Shown: positions 1-10,517 of the stretch, piece after piece
Numbering within the stretch: position 1 is the first letter of the stretch
How the letters are laid out: each line of letters begins with the position of its first letter
From: Rhodocyclaceae bacterium
GTDB taxonomy: Bacteria; Pseudomonadota; Gammaproteobacteria; Burkholderiales; Rhodocyclaceae
Assembly: GCA_046295975.1 (NCBI GenBank)
Contig: JBKBMG010000004.1
Coordinates: 69,403-133,402 of the forward strand
Direction: 5' to 3'
DNA: 64,000 bases
Made by a program: the position numbers and the translations under genes
Notes under the pieces: model-generated
What the model was told of the DNA's origin: nothing
Database searches by the model: none
The model's input: only the letters and a program-made list of their open reading frames with translations

Positions 1-148
1 GGTCAGGCGCCGCCTGATTGGCACTTCGGCATCCCAGCTCAAGGTAGGCGAAGCGGCTGCGGAAATGGGTTTTTATCACCTGAGCCACTTCGCCAGTCAC
101 TACCGGGTGCTGTTCGGTGAGTGCCCGTCGGAGACGAAGCGTGCTTAG
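1..148 (+). CDS. AraC/XylS-family transcriptional regulator, C-terminal fragment (5' end outside the window)
   Basis: Frame 2 reads ...VGEAAAEMGFYHLSHFASHYRVLFGECPSETKRA*, with stop TAG at 146-148. This is the typical second HTH signature of AraC-family proteins. Confidence 0.7.
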   Translation, partial: VRRRLIGTSASQLKVGEAAAEMGFYHLSHFASHYRVLFGECPSETKRA

Positions 149-355
149 GGAAGCCCTGATTAGCTCTGTTCGCCCGGAGCCCTTCGGCTGCGCTCAGGAC
201 CGGCTTGCGAAGCCCGGCTACCGGCACTGCCGAAGTCGCCCTTCGACAGGCTCAGGGCGGGCGGAGGTGCCTGTTTCAAAGGTTCGCTTTGGCACGCCCA
301 CACGGGGTTTACTTCGCTCAGCCCGAACGGCGGGGAATAAATCAGTGCTTCCCTA
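146..355. repeat. About 210-bp imperfect palindromic (MITE/REP-like) element bounded by 16-bp terminal inverted repeats
   Basis: 'tagggaagccctgatt' (146-161) matches the reverse complement of 'aatcagtgcttcccta' (340-355) at 15/16 positions. The interior holds three degenerate copies of a CTTCG..GCTCAG..CGG motif, e.g. 'cccttcgacaggctcagggcg'. These give the spurious peptides PFDRLRA / LSLSKG seen in ORFs 117..356(+) and 160..822(-). Confidence 0.55.
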
Positions 356-906
356 GAAGGCTGTTCATCGAGCGCCGGGCGTCCAGCGTCGATCGAGTGA
401 TGATACCGCCACGCGTCGCGCGCTTGCACGCATTCGTGTCCCATCGATCGCGCACAAGGGCTGTTCCCGTAGTCGCGTAGCTTCCGCTTCGACTGCGCGG
501 CAGATGACGGCGGCGAGCGCTGCGCGAGATCGGTGGCGCCACTGGGCGATTCCTTCGCAAATGCTCGGGTACGGCAGCGCTCCCCCCTGTTGTTGACGGT
601 GTATGCCGGCGCGGACCTTGGCGGCGACGCGGCCGGAGCAGTCGGCAGTCTCGCGCGTGCGCGCGGCCGCTGTCCCCGGGCGCTATCCCGAATCGGCAGG
701 CTTGCTTTCGTCTCGCGTTCGACGTGTGCGCCATGTCGGTGCGCGCCTTCGAATGCTGCCGATTTGGGATAACACCGCATCGGCGAGCAGCCTAGCATCC
801 AAATCGCAAACGCAATCAGCAAGAAACCAACTCGCGGACTGGGACGATTGGCGGCTTGCCGCTCCCCGGTCTTCCATCGATAGCCTCATAAAACTAGGTC
901 AAGAGA

Positions 907-2358
907 ATGAGCGTATCCCTGAGTCTGCCCAGCACCCCCAATGAGCTGCGGCGCGGCGCCCTGAGCGTCGGTTTCATCATCTTCTTCGTAGTGTCCGCGG
1001 CGAGCCCGTTGAGTGTTCTGGCGGGTGGCTTCCCAATCGGCATCATGCTCGGCAACGGTGCGGGCATGCCGGCGTTGCTGGCGTTGACGCTGCTGGTGCT
1101 GCTGACCTTCTCGGTGGGCTACACCACCATGGCCCGGCATGTGACCAATGCGGGCGGCTTCTATGCCTTCTCGGCGCGTGGGTTGGGCGGTATCGCCGGT
1201 GGCGCGGCGGGCATGCTGGCGATGTTTGCCTACAACATCCTGCAGGTCGGGTTGTATGGCATGTTCGGCGGGGTCGCGGCCGGCACCATGTCTGCCGTGT
1301 TCGACATCCATCTGCCGTGGTGGGCCTATTCACTGATGGCGATGGCCAGCATTGCAATCCTTGGCTATCGAAACATAGATTTGTCGGCTCGCGTGCTGGC
1401 GATCATCGTTGTCGCGGAGTATGTGGCGATTCTCGCGCTGGATATCGCGATTCTGGGCAGCGGTGGGGAGAATGGGATCAATCTCGACTCCTTCACGGCG
1501 GAGCACGTGTTCAGCGGTACGCCGTCGATCGGCCTGTTGTTCTGTTTCGCGGCATTCATCGGTTTCGAGGCCACCACGATCTATGGTGAGGAGGCGAAGA
1601 ACCCTCGGCGCGCGATTCCCGTGGCCACGTACGCGTCGATCCTGTTGATCGGGGCCTTCTACGGGCTGTCGGTCTGGTCGATGGTGGTGGCGGTCGGCTC
1701 CGACAGAATCGTGCCGCTGCTGCTGTCGCTGGACGATCCGACGACCTTCATCTACGGCCTGTCCGATCACTTCGTCGGCCCTGAGCTGACGCAGGTGATC
1801 CGCGTGCTGTTCCTGGTCAGCATCTATGCCGGAATGCTCGCGTTTCACAACTCGGCCGCACGCTATTTCTATGCGACCGGCCGGGATGGCCTGTTGTATG
1901 GCGTATTGGGCACCACGCATCGCATTCATCAGAGCCCGCACATGGGTTCGGCATTCCAGACCCTGATTGCTGCCGTGGTGGTGCTGGCTTTCGCCGCAGT
2001 GGGCGCGGATCCGATTCTTCAACTGTTCGCGTGGTTCTCCAGTCTGGCGGCACTGTCACTCATCTTGCTCATGGCGCTGACCTCGTTCGCGGTGATGGCG
2101 TACTTCCGGCGCCATCCTGAGCTGGGCTTGGGCGTGATGCGCAGCCTGATCCTGCCGCTGTTGTCCGGTGGGGCGCTGCTCTGCGTTCTGGTCGTCGCAG
2201 TGATTCACTTCGATGTGCTGACCGGCTCGAGCAAGCTGCTGTCCTACGGCCTGTGCATCCTCATTCCGGTGGCGCTGACCATCGGGGTGATGCTGGCCCT
2301 GCGTCTTCGCAGACTCTCGCCCGAGCGCTTCCGTGCCCTGGGTAGCCACAAGCTCTGA
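907..2358 (+). CDS. APC-superfamily amino-acid/amine permease
   Basis: 483 aa and highly hydrophobic with multiple transmembrane segments. The N-terminal region and overall pattern are typical of amino-acid permeases. ATG at 907. Confidence 0.85.
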   Translation: MSVSLSLPSTPNELRRGALSVGFIIFFVVSAASPLSVLAGGFPIGIMLGNGAGMPALLALTLLVLLTFSVGYTTMARHVTNAGGFYAFSARGLGGIAGGAAGMLAMFAYNILQVGLYGMFGGVAAGTMSAVFDIHLPWWAYSLMAMASIAILGYRNIDLSARVLAIIVVAEYVAILALDIAILGSGGENGINLDSFTAEHVFSGTPSIGLLFCFAAFIGFEATTIYGEEAKNPRRAIPVATYASILLIGAFYGLSVWSMVVAVGSDRIVPLLLSLDDPTTFIYGLSDHFVGPELTQVIRVLFLVSIYAGMLAFHNSAARYFYATGRDGLLYGVLGTTHRIHQSPHMGSAFQTLIAAVVVLAFAAVGADPILQLFAWFSSLAALSLILLMALTSFAVMAYFRRHPELGLGVMRSLILPLLSGGALLCVLVVAVIHFDVLTGSSKLLSYGLCILIPVALTIGVMLALRLRRLSPERFRALGSHKL

Positions 2359-2461
2359 AGGATCACCGGGGCATTCACTAGGGGGCGGTCGCTCCCCACG
2401 ACACACGTAGCCGTCGCGCGATCCGCTTGTCGCGTCGCCCGCGGCCAGAAGGAGACTTCAT

Positions 2462-3886
2462 ATGAACGACTATCAACTGCTTATCGACGGCGCCCGTGTA
2501 CCGGCTGAAGGCGGTTACTTCGAGGTGATCAATCCGGCCACCGGGCAGGCATTCGCCCATTGTCCGGCCGCCAGCGTGGCGCAATTGGAACTGGCCGTGG
2601 AGGCCGCCCAGCGCGCATTCACGAGCTGGGGCCGCAGCTCATGCGCCGAGCGTTGCGAGCGGCTGCAACTGATCGCCGCCGACATAGAACGCGAGGCCGA
2701 CGAGCTGGCGCGGCTGATCGTCATGGAGCAGGGCAAACCGCTGGCGCTGGCGTTCTCCGAAGTCATGGGTGGTGTCGCCTGGACGCGTTACGCCGCCTCC
2801 CAGGAACTGCCGGTGGAACTGGTCGAGGAAACCCCGGCTCAGCGCGTCGAGCTGCACCGCAAGCCGCTCGGCGTGGTGGCCTCGATCACCCCGTGGAACT
2901 GGCCGTTCATGATCGCCATCTGGCACATCATGCCGGCGCTGCGCGCGGGCAACTGCGTGATCAGCAAGCCGTCCAGCCTCACCCCCCTGAGCACAATCCG
3001 CCTGGTGGAAATCATTGCCCGTCACGTGCCGGCCGGGGTGATCAACATCGTCACCGGCGAGCGTGGTTTCGGCAGCGCCATTGCCAGCCATCCGGGCATC
3101 CACAAGATCGTCTTCACCGGCTCCACCGAAACCGGCCAGCGCGTGATGCAGGCCGCGGCCGGCAACCTCAAGCGCCTGACCCTGGAGCTGGGCGGCAACG
3201 ATGCCGCCATCGTCCTGCCCGGTACGCCGGTCGAGGCGGTGGTCGATGACATCTTCCAGGCCGCCTTCCTCAACATGGGCCAGACCTGCGCCGCGCTCAA
3301 GCGCCTGTACGTGCACGAGTCGCAGTACCAGGCGTTCGCCGAGGCGCTGGCCGCCATCGCCCGGCGCCAGGTGGTCGGCGATGGCCTGGAGGAGGGCGTC
3401 ACCTTCGGCCCGGTGCAGAACCCAGAGCAACTGGAACTGGTGGCCGAGCTGGTGGACGACGCCTGCGCCAAGGGCGGCCAGGTGCTGTGTGGCGGTGCGC
3501 CGCTGCCGCGTGCCGGCTTCTTCTATCCACCGACCATCGTCACTGGCGTCAGCGACGGCCAGCGCCTGGTGGACGAGGAGCAGTTCGGTCCGGTACTGCC
3601 GCTGATCGCCTACCGCGATGTGGAGGACGCATTGCGCCGCGCCAACGCCAGCACCATGGGCCTCGGCGGCTCGGTATGGGGCCCGGATGTGGCTGCCGCG
3701 CAGGCCGTCGCAGCGCGTCTGGAGAGCGGCGTGGCCTGGGTCAATTGCCACGCCCAGATTCAACCCAACACCCCATTCGGCGGCTGCAAGATGTCCGGTT
3801 TCGGCGTCGAGTTCGGCCAGGAAGGGCTGCTGGAATTCACCACTCAGCAGCTGTTGTTCGTCCGCAAGCCTGCGGCTCAGCAGTGA
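2462..3886 (+). CDS. NAD(P)-dependent aldehyde dehydrogenase
   Basis: 474 aa with ALDH motifs [22 protein letters not shown] and GQTCAALKR (catalytic Cys). AGGAG Shine-Dalgarno sequence upstream of the ATG at 2462. Confidence 0.93.
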   Translation: MNDYQLLIDGARVPAEGGYFEVINPATGQAFAHCPAASVAQLELAVEAAQRAFTSWGRSSCAERCERLQLIAADIEREADELARLIVMEQGKPLALAFSEVMGGVAWTRYAASQELPVELVEETPAQRVELHRKPLGVVASITPWNWPFMIAIWHIMPALRAGNCVISKPSSLTPLSTIRLVEIIARHVPAGVINIVTGERGFGSAIASHPGIHKIVFTGSTETGQRVMQAAAGNLKRLTLELGGNDAAIVLPGTPVEAVVDDIFQAAFLNMGQTCAALKRLYVHESQYQAFAEALAAIARRQVVGDGLEEGVTFGPVQNPEQLELVAELVDDACAKGGQVLCGGAPLPRAGFFYPPTIVTGVSDGQRLVDEEQFGPVLPLIAYRDVEDALRRANASTMGLGGSVWGPDVAAAQAVAARLESGVAWVNCHAQIQPNTPFGGCKMSGFGVEFGQEGLLEFTTQQLLFVRKPAAQQ

Positions 3887-3897
3887 GGATCATTCCC

Positions 3898-5310
3898 ATG
3901 TCGACCAATGCCATGTTCAAGCACAGCGAAACTTCGGAAGCCGCGCAGGGCGAAGCCATGTACGCGAAATACAAGACGGCGGAAAAGAAATTCTGGCACC
4001 CGATGAGCGCCTCGGCTCCGGCCAACCGGGCCAAGACCCTGATCATCGCCCGCGGTGACGGCAACTACATCACCGACATCGATGGCAACCGCCTGCTCGA
4101 CGGCGTCGGTGGCCTGTGGAACGTCAACGTCGGCCACAACCGCCCGGAAGTCAAAGCCGCCATCGCCGCGCAGCTCGATGAGCTGGCCTACTATCAGACC
4201 TTCGACGGCATCGCCCACCCGCGCGTGTTCGATCTGGCCGAGCGTCTGACCTCGATGTTCGCCCAGGAGAAAATGGCTCGTGTGCTGTTCAACTCCGGCG
4301 GCTCCGATGCCGTGGAAACCGCGCTGAAGATGGCGCGCCAGTACTGGATCGCCTCCGGCCAGCCGGGGCGCACCCGCTTCCTCTCGCTGCGCAACGGCTA
4401 CCACGGCGTACATGTCGGCGGCACCTCGGTCGGTGGCAACGGCGTCTACCACTACAACCACGGCCAACTGCTCGCCGGTTGCCACTTGCTCGACACCCCC
4501 TGGCTGTACCGCAACCCTTGGGATTGCGACGACGCCGAGCAACTGGTCGAGCACTGCATTCGCCAGCTGGAAGATCAGATCGCCTTCCTTGGCGCCGGCA
4601 CCATCGCTGCTTTCATCGCCGAGCCGGTGCAGGGCGCGGGTGGCGTGATCGTGCCGCCGTCCGCCTACTGGCCGCGCCTGCGCGAAGTCTGCGACCGTCA
4701 CGACATCCTGTTGATCGCCGATGAGGTGGTCACCGGTTTCGGCCGCAGTGGCTGCATGCTCGGCAGCCGTGGCTGGGGCGTGGCGCCGGACATCCTGTGT
4801 CTGGCCAAGGGCATCTCCGCCGGCTACATCCCGCTGGGCGCCACGGTGTTCAACCAGCGCATCGCCGATGCCATCGAGAACGCCCCCGGCTTCGCCAACG
4901 TGATCATGCACGGCTACACCTACAGCGGCCATCCGACCGCGTGCGCAGCTTCCCTGGCGGTGCTGGACATCGTCGAGAAGGAAGACCTGCCGGGCAATGC
5001 GGCCAAGGTCGGCGCGCACCTGATCGCTGGCTTGAAACCACTGAGCGAGCGTTTCGAGGTGGTGGGTGAAGTGCGCGGCAAGGGCCTGATGATCGCCGTC
5101 GATCTGGTCGCCGACAAGCGCACGCGTCAGCCGCTCGACCCGGCGTCGGGGCAGGCCTCGCGCATCGCCGAAGCGGCGCGGGCGCAAGGTGTACTGGTGC
5201 GCCCGATCGGCAACAAGATCGTCATTTCGCCACCTTTGACCCTCACCACCGGCGAAGCCGACCTGATCGTGTCGGCGCTGGAATTCGCCTTGGCTGCGCA
5301 TCAGGCGTGA
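3898..5310 (+). CDS. Class-III (omega) aminotransferase, PLP-dependent
   Basis: 470 aa beginning MSTNAMFKH.... Contains [20 protein letters not shown] and the [11 protein letters not shown] motif. The 607-aa ORF in the track is a 5' read-through over the preceding gene. This ATG lies 12 nt after the upstream stop. Confidence 0.9.
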   Translation: MSTNAMFKHSETSEAAQGEAMYAKYKTAEKKFWHPMSASAPANRAKTLIIARGDGNYITDIDGNRLLDGVGGLWNVNVGHNRPEVKAAIAAQLDELAYYQTFDGIAHPRVFDLAERLTSMFAQEKMARVLFNSGGSDAVETALKMARQYWIASGQPGRTRFLSLRNGYHGVHVGGTSVGGNGVYHYNHGQLLAGCHLLDTPWLYRNPWDCDDAEQLVEHCIRQLEDQIAFLGAGTIAAFIAEPVQGAGGVIVPPSAYWPRLREVCDRHDILLIADEVVTGFGRSGCMLGSRGWGVAPDILCLAKGISAGYIPLGATVFNQRIADAIENAPGFANVIMHGYTYSGHPTACAASLAVLDIVEKEDLPGNAAKVGAHLIAGLKPLSERFEVVGEVRGKGLMIAVDLVADKRTRQPLDPASGQASRIAEAARAQGVLVRPIGNKIVISPPLTLTTGEADLIVSALEFALAAHQA

Positions 5311-5346
5311 CAACGCCCGCCCCCGAACAGAGAGGAACTCAAACAA

Positions 5347-6666
5347 ATGAATGCACGCACAATCCCCAAGGCTGGAATGGCGCTGGCCCTATGCCTGGCG
5401 TTGGCCGGACACGGCCAAGCATACGAACTGTATGCCAATGAAGACACCCAACTGAACGCCGACGTGCTTGCGGTGTTCGGCTGGATGAAGAGCCGCAAGA
5501 ATTACGACGGCACCGCGGGCGGCTCCAATTGGCGCGAAGGTTTCGTCAAGTACGGAGTCAGCGGCCAGCAGGGTTTGCGCGGAGCAGGCACGCTTTATGG
5601 TGCCTTCAACCTGGTCAGTTCCGCTACCTGGGGGGATGGCGACGCGGGTGGCAATACCATCGGCACCGAGCGCACCACCAAGATCGAGGACGCTTACCTG
5701 GGCTGGCGCTCTGCCGAACTGCTGCCGGTACTGGGCAATGATGGTCTCGACATCTCCTTCGGTCGCCAGGTCGTGCAGTTGGGCAGTGGCTTTCTGATCA
5801 ACGACGATGGTCCGAACCTGGGCAAGGGGCCGGCGGACGGCGCGCTCAATCGGGGCAGTGCCTACTACCTGGCGGCGCGGCATGCCTTCGATCGTACGGC
5901 GGTGCTGCGCATCGGTGGGGAGGCGGGTCTGCATGGCACGCTGGCCTGGTTGAAGTCGGACAACCGCGCCCAGGCGGGGACAGAACTGGCCGCGGCCACT
6001 CTGGATTACCGTGGTCAGGCGGGTTTGCTGGGGGTGACCTGGGTGCATGGGCTTGACGTCAACGATGCCTGGGCCGACGAATTCCTACAGCAGCGTGATG
6101 GCATGAATGTCTACAGCCTGCGGGGTGAAGGCGACGCTGGTCTGGCGAATGCGAGCTTCGCCTTCGAGTACGCCTGGCAGAAGAAGGATGCCGGCAACGA
6201 AAGGGCCTGGTACGCAGAGGCCGGCTATACCTTTGCCGATGCCGCCTGGTCTCCGAGCCTGAGCTATCGCTACACCCGCTACTCGGAAGGTTGGGACGCG
6301 CTGTTCACCGGTCTGAACAGCCCGGAGTTGGGCACCTGGTTTCAGGGGGAGGTGGCGGCCAACTACGCCGGCATCTTTGCTCGCAACGTGGGTATCCAGC
6401 ACCTTGCACTGAAAGCGTACCCGAGGGAAAACCTGACGGTGGGCGCCTTGCTCTATGACCTCAAGACGCTGCGCGGACGGGGGGGGCGCAATCTGGACGC
6501 GCGGGAGTTGGACCTCTATGTAGAGTGGGTGGTAAGTGACAACTTCATTGTCACGCCATTGGTGGGCTTCTTCAAACCGAAGCGCAGCGAACACAACGGC
6601 GGTACGCAGGTCGGCGGAAACGGCACCAATTTCTATGCTCAAGTGGTTGTGGCGGTTCCGTTCTGA
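5347..6666 (+). CDS. Outer-membrane beta-barrel protein (alginate-export/porin-like)
   Basis: 439 aa. It has a signal peptide (MNARTIPKAGMALALCLALAGHGQA), alternating beta-strand-like composition rich in Y/G/W, and a C-terminal ...VVVAVPF aromatic residue typical of OMPs. The family assignment is from recollection only. Confidence 0.65.
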   Translation: MNARTIPKAGMALALCLALAGHGQAYELYANEDTQLNADVLAVFGWMKSRKNYDGTAGGSNWREGFVKYGVSGQQGLRGAGTLYGAFNLVSSATWGDGDAGGNTIGTERTTKIEDAYLGWRSAELLPVLGNDGLDISFGRQVVQLGSGFLINDDGPNLGKGPADGALNRGSAYYLAARHAFDRTAVLRIGGEAGLHGTLAWLKSDNRAQAGTELAAATLDYRGQAGLLGVTWVHGLDVNDAWADEFLQQRDGMNVYSLRGEGDAGLANASFAFEYAWQKKDAGNERAWYAEAGYTFADAAWSPSLSYRYTRYSEGWDALFTGLNSPELGTWFQGEVAANYAGIFARNVGIQHLALKAYPRENLTVGALLYDLKTLRGRGGRNLDARELDLYVEWVVSDNFIVTPLVGFFKPKRSEHNGGTQVGGNGTNFYAQVVVAVPF

Positions 6667-6768
6667 GCGCAGCGAGTCCCGTCATCAATGGGGCTGGAAA
6701 CAGGGTTGGAAACGGAGCCGGGGTCGCGATCGCGACGGGCGTGCAGTACCGATGTCGTTGAAATACTC

Positions 6769-6798
6769 GGCATGGCCCGCCGTTGCGCGGGCCATGCC
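6769..6798. terminator. Bidirectional stem-loop between convergent genes
   Basis: The perfect 12-bp stem 'ggcatggcccgc' / 'gcgggccatgcc' has a 6-nt loop. It lies between the barrel-gene stop (6666) and the pobA stop (6819). Confidence 0.6.
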
Positions 6799-6818
6799 CA
6801 TGTTTGGTCGCCCCAGTC

Positions 6819-8057
<1,239 letters not shown>

Positions 8058-8107
8058 CTATAGGAGCGGGTAGCGTCGTGTGCTTGAACAAAGCAGGGGC
8101 ATTAGTT

Positions 8108-8124
8108 GTACTTTTCGAAAGTAC
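8108..8124. promoter_or_regulatory. Inverted repeat GTACTTT-N3-AAAGTAC in the pobA/pobR divergent region (candidate operator)
   Basis: The dyad is seen directly in the sequence. It is intergenic only if pobR starts at ATG 8146 rather than GTG 8080. Confidence 0.3.
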
Positions 8125-8145
8125 TTGCCCGCGACGGTGACCACC

Positions 8146-9039
8146 ATGAAAGCCTTCACGACTTCCGAACGCGCGACCCCCACCTATCAGTTGTTCGGCG
8201 AGCACCGCCCCTGGCTGGCACCGGAGCCGGTGCACCACGAGACCATCGCCGCCCGTAGCGCCTTGTATCAGTGGGATATTCGTCCCCACAGCCATGATGA
8301 CCTGGTTCATCTGCTGCTCGTGGAGGCGGGCGAGGCGAGCATGACGCTGGAGCTGCTGCATGCCGGCCTGACCCCGCCCTGCGCGGTCTTCATGCCGGCG
8401 AGGCACGTGCATGGGTTTCACTTTTCGCGGGACGTCGAGGGGCATGTCGTGACGCTGCCGACCCACGTGCTGCGCGACCTGCTGGCGATGTCGCCGGAGT
8501 TGAAGACGGCCTTCGACGTTCCGCGCTACGTGCCGCTCGACGCCGACAGCGCTGCGTACAAGGACCTGAGTACGTGGTTCGGGCGGATTGCGGCCGAATT
8601 CTCAGGTAGTGCGCCGGGGCGACTTGGCAGCCTGATGGCGACGGTGGGTCTGGTTTTCATCTGGCTGGCGCGCACCGCGACACCGGGCGAGGTCCATCAT
8701 GTCGGGCGCGCGCGTGCGCGGGTGGGGCGGTTTCTGGAACTGGTGGATGCCCACTTTCGCGAGGCGCATCCGGTCTCCTGGTATGCGGGGCGTGTCGGGG
8801 TGTCGACCGCGCAACTCGCCCAGGACTGCAACAAGGAGGCGGGGCGCAGCCCCAAGGCTTTGTTGCACGATCGCTTGCTGCTGGAGGCCCGGCGCATGCT
8901 GGCGTATTCGGACCTGGATGTGACGGCGATCTGCTATTCGCTGGGCTTTCGGGATCCCGCCTATTTCGCGCGCTTCTTCGCTCGCCACCATGGCATGCCG
9001 CCGTCCGCTTTCAGGCGCCTGCATGTCGCCAGCGTCTGA
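8146..9039 (+). CDS. pobR: AraC-family transcriptional regulator, divergent from pobA (PobR/PobC-like)
   Basis: The C-terminal HTH reads ...AICYSLGFRDPAYFARFFARHHGMPPSAFRR, with a cupin-like N-domain. The start is uncertain: ATG 8146 (297 aa) or GTG 8080 (319 aa, AGGAG 13 nt upstream). Confidence 0.8.
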   Translation: MKAFTTSERATPTYQLFGEHRPWLAPEPVHHETIAARSALYQWDIRPHSHDDLVHLLLVEAGEASMTLELLHAGLTPPCAVFMPARHVHGFHFSRDVEGHVVTLPTHVLRDLLAMSPELKTAFDVPRYVPLDADSAAYKDLSTWFGRIAAEFSGSAPGRLGSLMATVGLVFIWLARTATPGEVHHVGRARARVGRFLELVDAHFREAHPVSWYAGRVGVSTAQLAQDCNKEAGRSPKALLHDRLLLEARRMLAYSDLDVTAICYSLGFRDPAYFARFFARHHGMPPSAFRRLHVASV

Positions 9040-9324
9040 CTCTGGTGAGGCGATACATTCCAAAAAGGTCTTGATCGGGATGAGTTATGTGGAATTGAGA
9101 TAGCTGCTAGTGCGCATGACGTGTGTTGGGAAGGTGGCGCGTTCAACACAATGTGCCCGTCGGTCGTCCAGCGACGCGGATCCACCTGTGCGGTGTGGTG
9201 GGCGGTCCGCCGACTGTGAATCGCAAAGAGGCATTTCCGACGTGCCTTCTTGGACGCGGCGAAAGGGAAGGAGCGCCGGGTCGAGTTCCATCTCCTCTCC
9301 GACTCGTACGCTTCGATGCTTGGG

Positions 9325-9363
9325 CCCGGTCGTTTCCGCAAGGAAGACCGGGTCGATTTTTTT
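9325..9363 (+). terminator. Canonical intrinsic terminator with no ORF directly upstream
   Basis: The stem CCCGGTC (9325-9331) / GACCGGG (9346-9352) is followed by TCGA and a 7-T run (9357-9363). It lies about 320 nt downstream of the pobR stop. Confidence 0.6.
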
Positions 9364-9452
9364 CCGGCAAGGCGTTCCGGCAAGACGCGTGGCACGGGGG
9401 AAAGAAGCGGGTGAGGTTCGCCGGTGTGAGGCCCGCCGGTATCGGTTGAGGT

Positions 9453-10385
9453 CTACGCCTTCCCCTGTCCCGGCGCCATCTCCTTGAGCAACTCGAGCAT
9501 TGCCTGCTGGGCGTTGGTCACGGGGCGGCGCGCGCTCGAGGCCACGAACACCTGGCAGCGCAGTTCCGGTTCGACGATGGGGCTGGCGGTGAAACGCTGG
9601 GGCTCGCTGGCAGTCTGGACCGCACCCAGGGGCAGGATGGCGCTGCCCAGGCCGGCCGCGACCAGGTCGAGGATGGCGCCCACGCCGTCGATCTCCAGGG
9701 CGATCCGGGGGCGTACGCCGTGGGCCGCAAGTTCGGTCTCGACCAGCATGCGGATGGCGTTGGGCCGGCTGGGAATGACGAGTTCCTCGCCGGCCAGTTC
9801 ATGTAGCCGTACCGAGTGGCCAGGGGGGAGCGGCACGGGTGGCGGTGCGGCGCTTGTCTTGGTTGCCGACTCGGCACGACGAACCAGGTACAGGGCCTCG
9901 GTGAACAGCGGGTCGACCTGTACGTCGGGCGACGGGGCGGCGTTGTACAGCAGCGCCAGATCGAGCTTGCCGATCATCAAGGCCTCGCGCATGGTCGCTG
10001 ACAGGCCCTCGCTGACCGACAGTGTGGCGGTGGGAAAGCGCTGCAGGAAGGCGCGGGTGAGCGGCACCGCGAGTTGGCGCGACAGGCTGGGCGGGAGGCC
10101 GAGCGCCACCCTGCCGACGGGGGCTCCGCGCATGCGGCCGAGTTCCTCGCGGATGCGATCGACCTGGCGCAGCACGCCCCGGCCATGTTCGAGCAGCAAC
10201 TTGCCGGCATCGGTCACGGTGACGCCGCGACCGTTGCGGTTGAGCAGCGTGTGCCGCAACTCCACCTCCAGCAAGCGCACCTGGCGGCTGAGTGCGGGCT
10301 GGGCGACGTCCAGGGTGATGGCGGCGCGGGTAAAGCTGCCCAGCTCGGCGACGCGTACGAAGTACTCGAGTTGCTTGAGGTCCAT
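9453..10385 (-). CDS. LysR-family transcriptional regulator, divergent from the lig operon (LigR/PmdR-like)
   Basis: 310 aa. The N-terminal HTH reads MDLKQLEYFVRVAELGSFTRAAITLDVAQPALSRQVRLLE. Its position is divergent from the protocatechuate 4,5-cleavage genes. Confidence 0.9.
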   Translation of the reverse strand: MDLKQLEYFVRVAELGSFTRAAITLDVAQPALSRQVRLLEVELRHTLLNRNGRGVTVTDAGKLLLEHGRGVLRQVDRIREELGRMRGAPVGRVALGLPPSLSRQLAVPLTRAFLQRFPTATLSVSEGLSATMREALMIGKLDLALLYNAAPSPDVQVDPLFTEALYLVRRAESATKTSAAPPPVPLPPGHSVRLHELAGEELVIPSRPNAIRMLVETELAAHGVRPRIALEIDGVGAILDLVAAGLGSAILPLGAVQTASEPQRFTASPIVEPELRCQVFVASSARRPVTNAQQAMLELLKEMAPGQGKA

Positions 10386-10517
10386 GGTCGAATCTCGTTC
10401 AGAGGGCGGGACGGGTGGCAGGCGGTGGATTCGGCATGCGTGGACTTCGAGACATTCCGAATTGAGATATCAGATAGTCTGTCATGCGGATTTCGCTTGA
10501 TCAAGTCGATCTCCAGA

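Noticed and set aside
160-822. 220-aa minus-strand ORF and the overlapping ORFs at 117..356, 205..480 and 342..734
   Set aside because: They run through the palindromic repeat element and produce the characteristic repeat-derived peptides (LSLSKG, PFGCAQDRL). They are Arg/Pro/Ala-rich with no recognisable domain.
3487-3897. 5' extension of the aminotransferase ORF. Similar extensions occur at 10074-10517, 13714-14409, 15427-15543, 15917-15994, 16120-16875, 17280-17888, 28400-28702, 30061-30360, 37151-37252, 45206-45475 and 53415-54125.
   Set aside because: These are in-frame read-throughs over the preceding gene or an intergenic region. Homology to known families begins only at the downstream start, and those starts have Shine-Dalgarno sequences or stop/start overlaps.
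9085-9487. Candidate ORFs of 68-144 aa in the pobR/LysR gap (9110..9487+, 9123..9449+, 8961..9395-, 9143..9370-)
   Set aside because: They have Arg/Pro/Gly-rich composition with no Shine-Dalgarno sequence and no recognisable motif, and they overlap each other in several frames. The region is treated as non-coding (see the finding on the orphan terminator).
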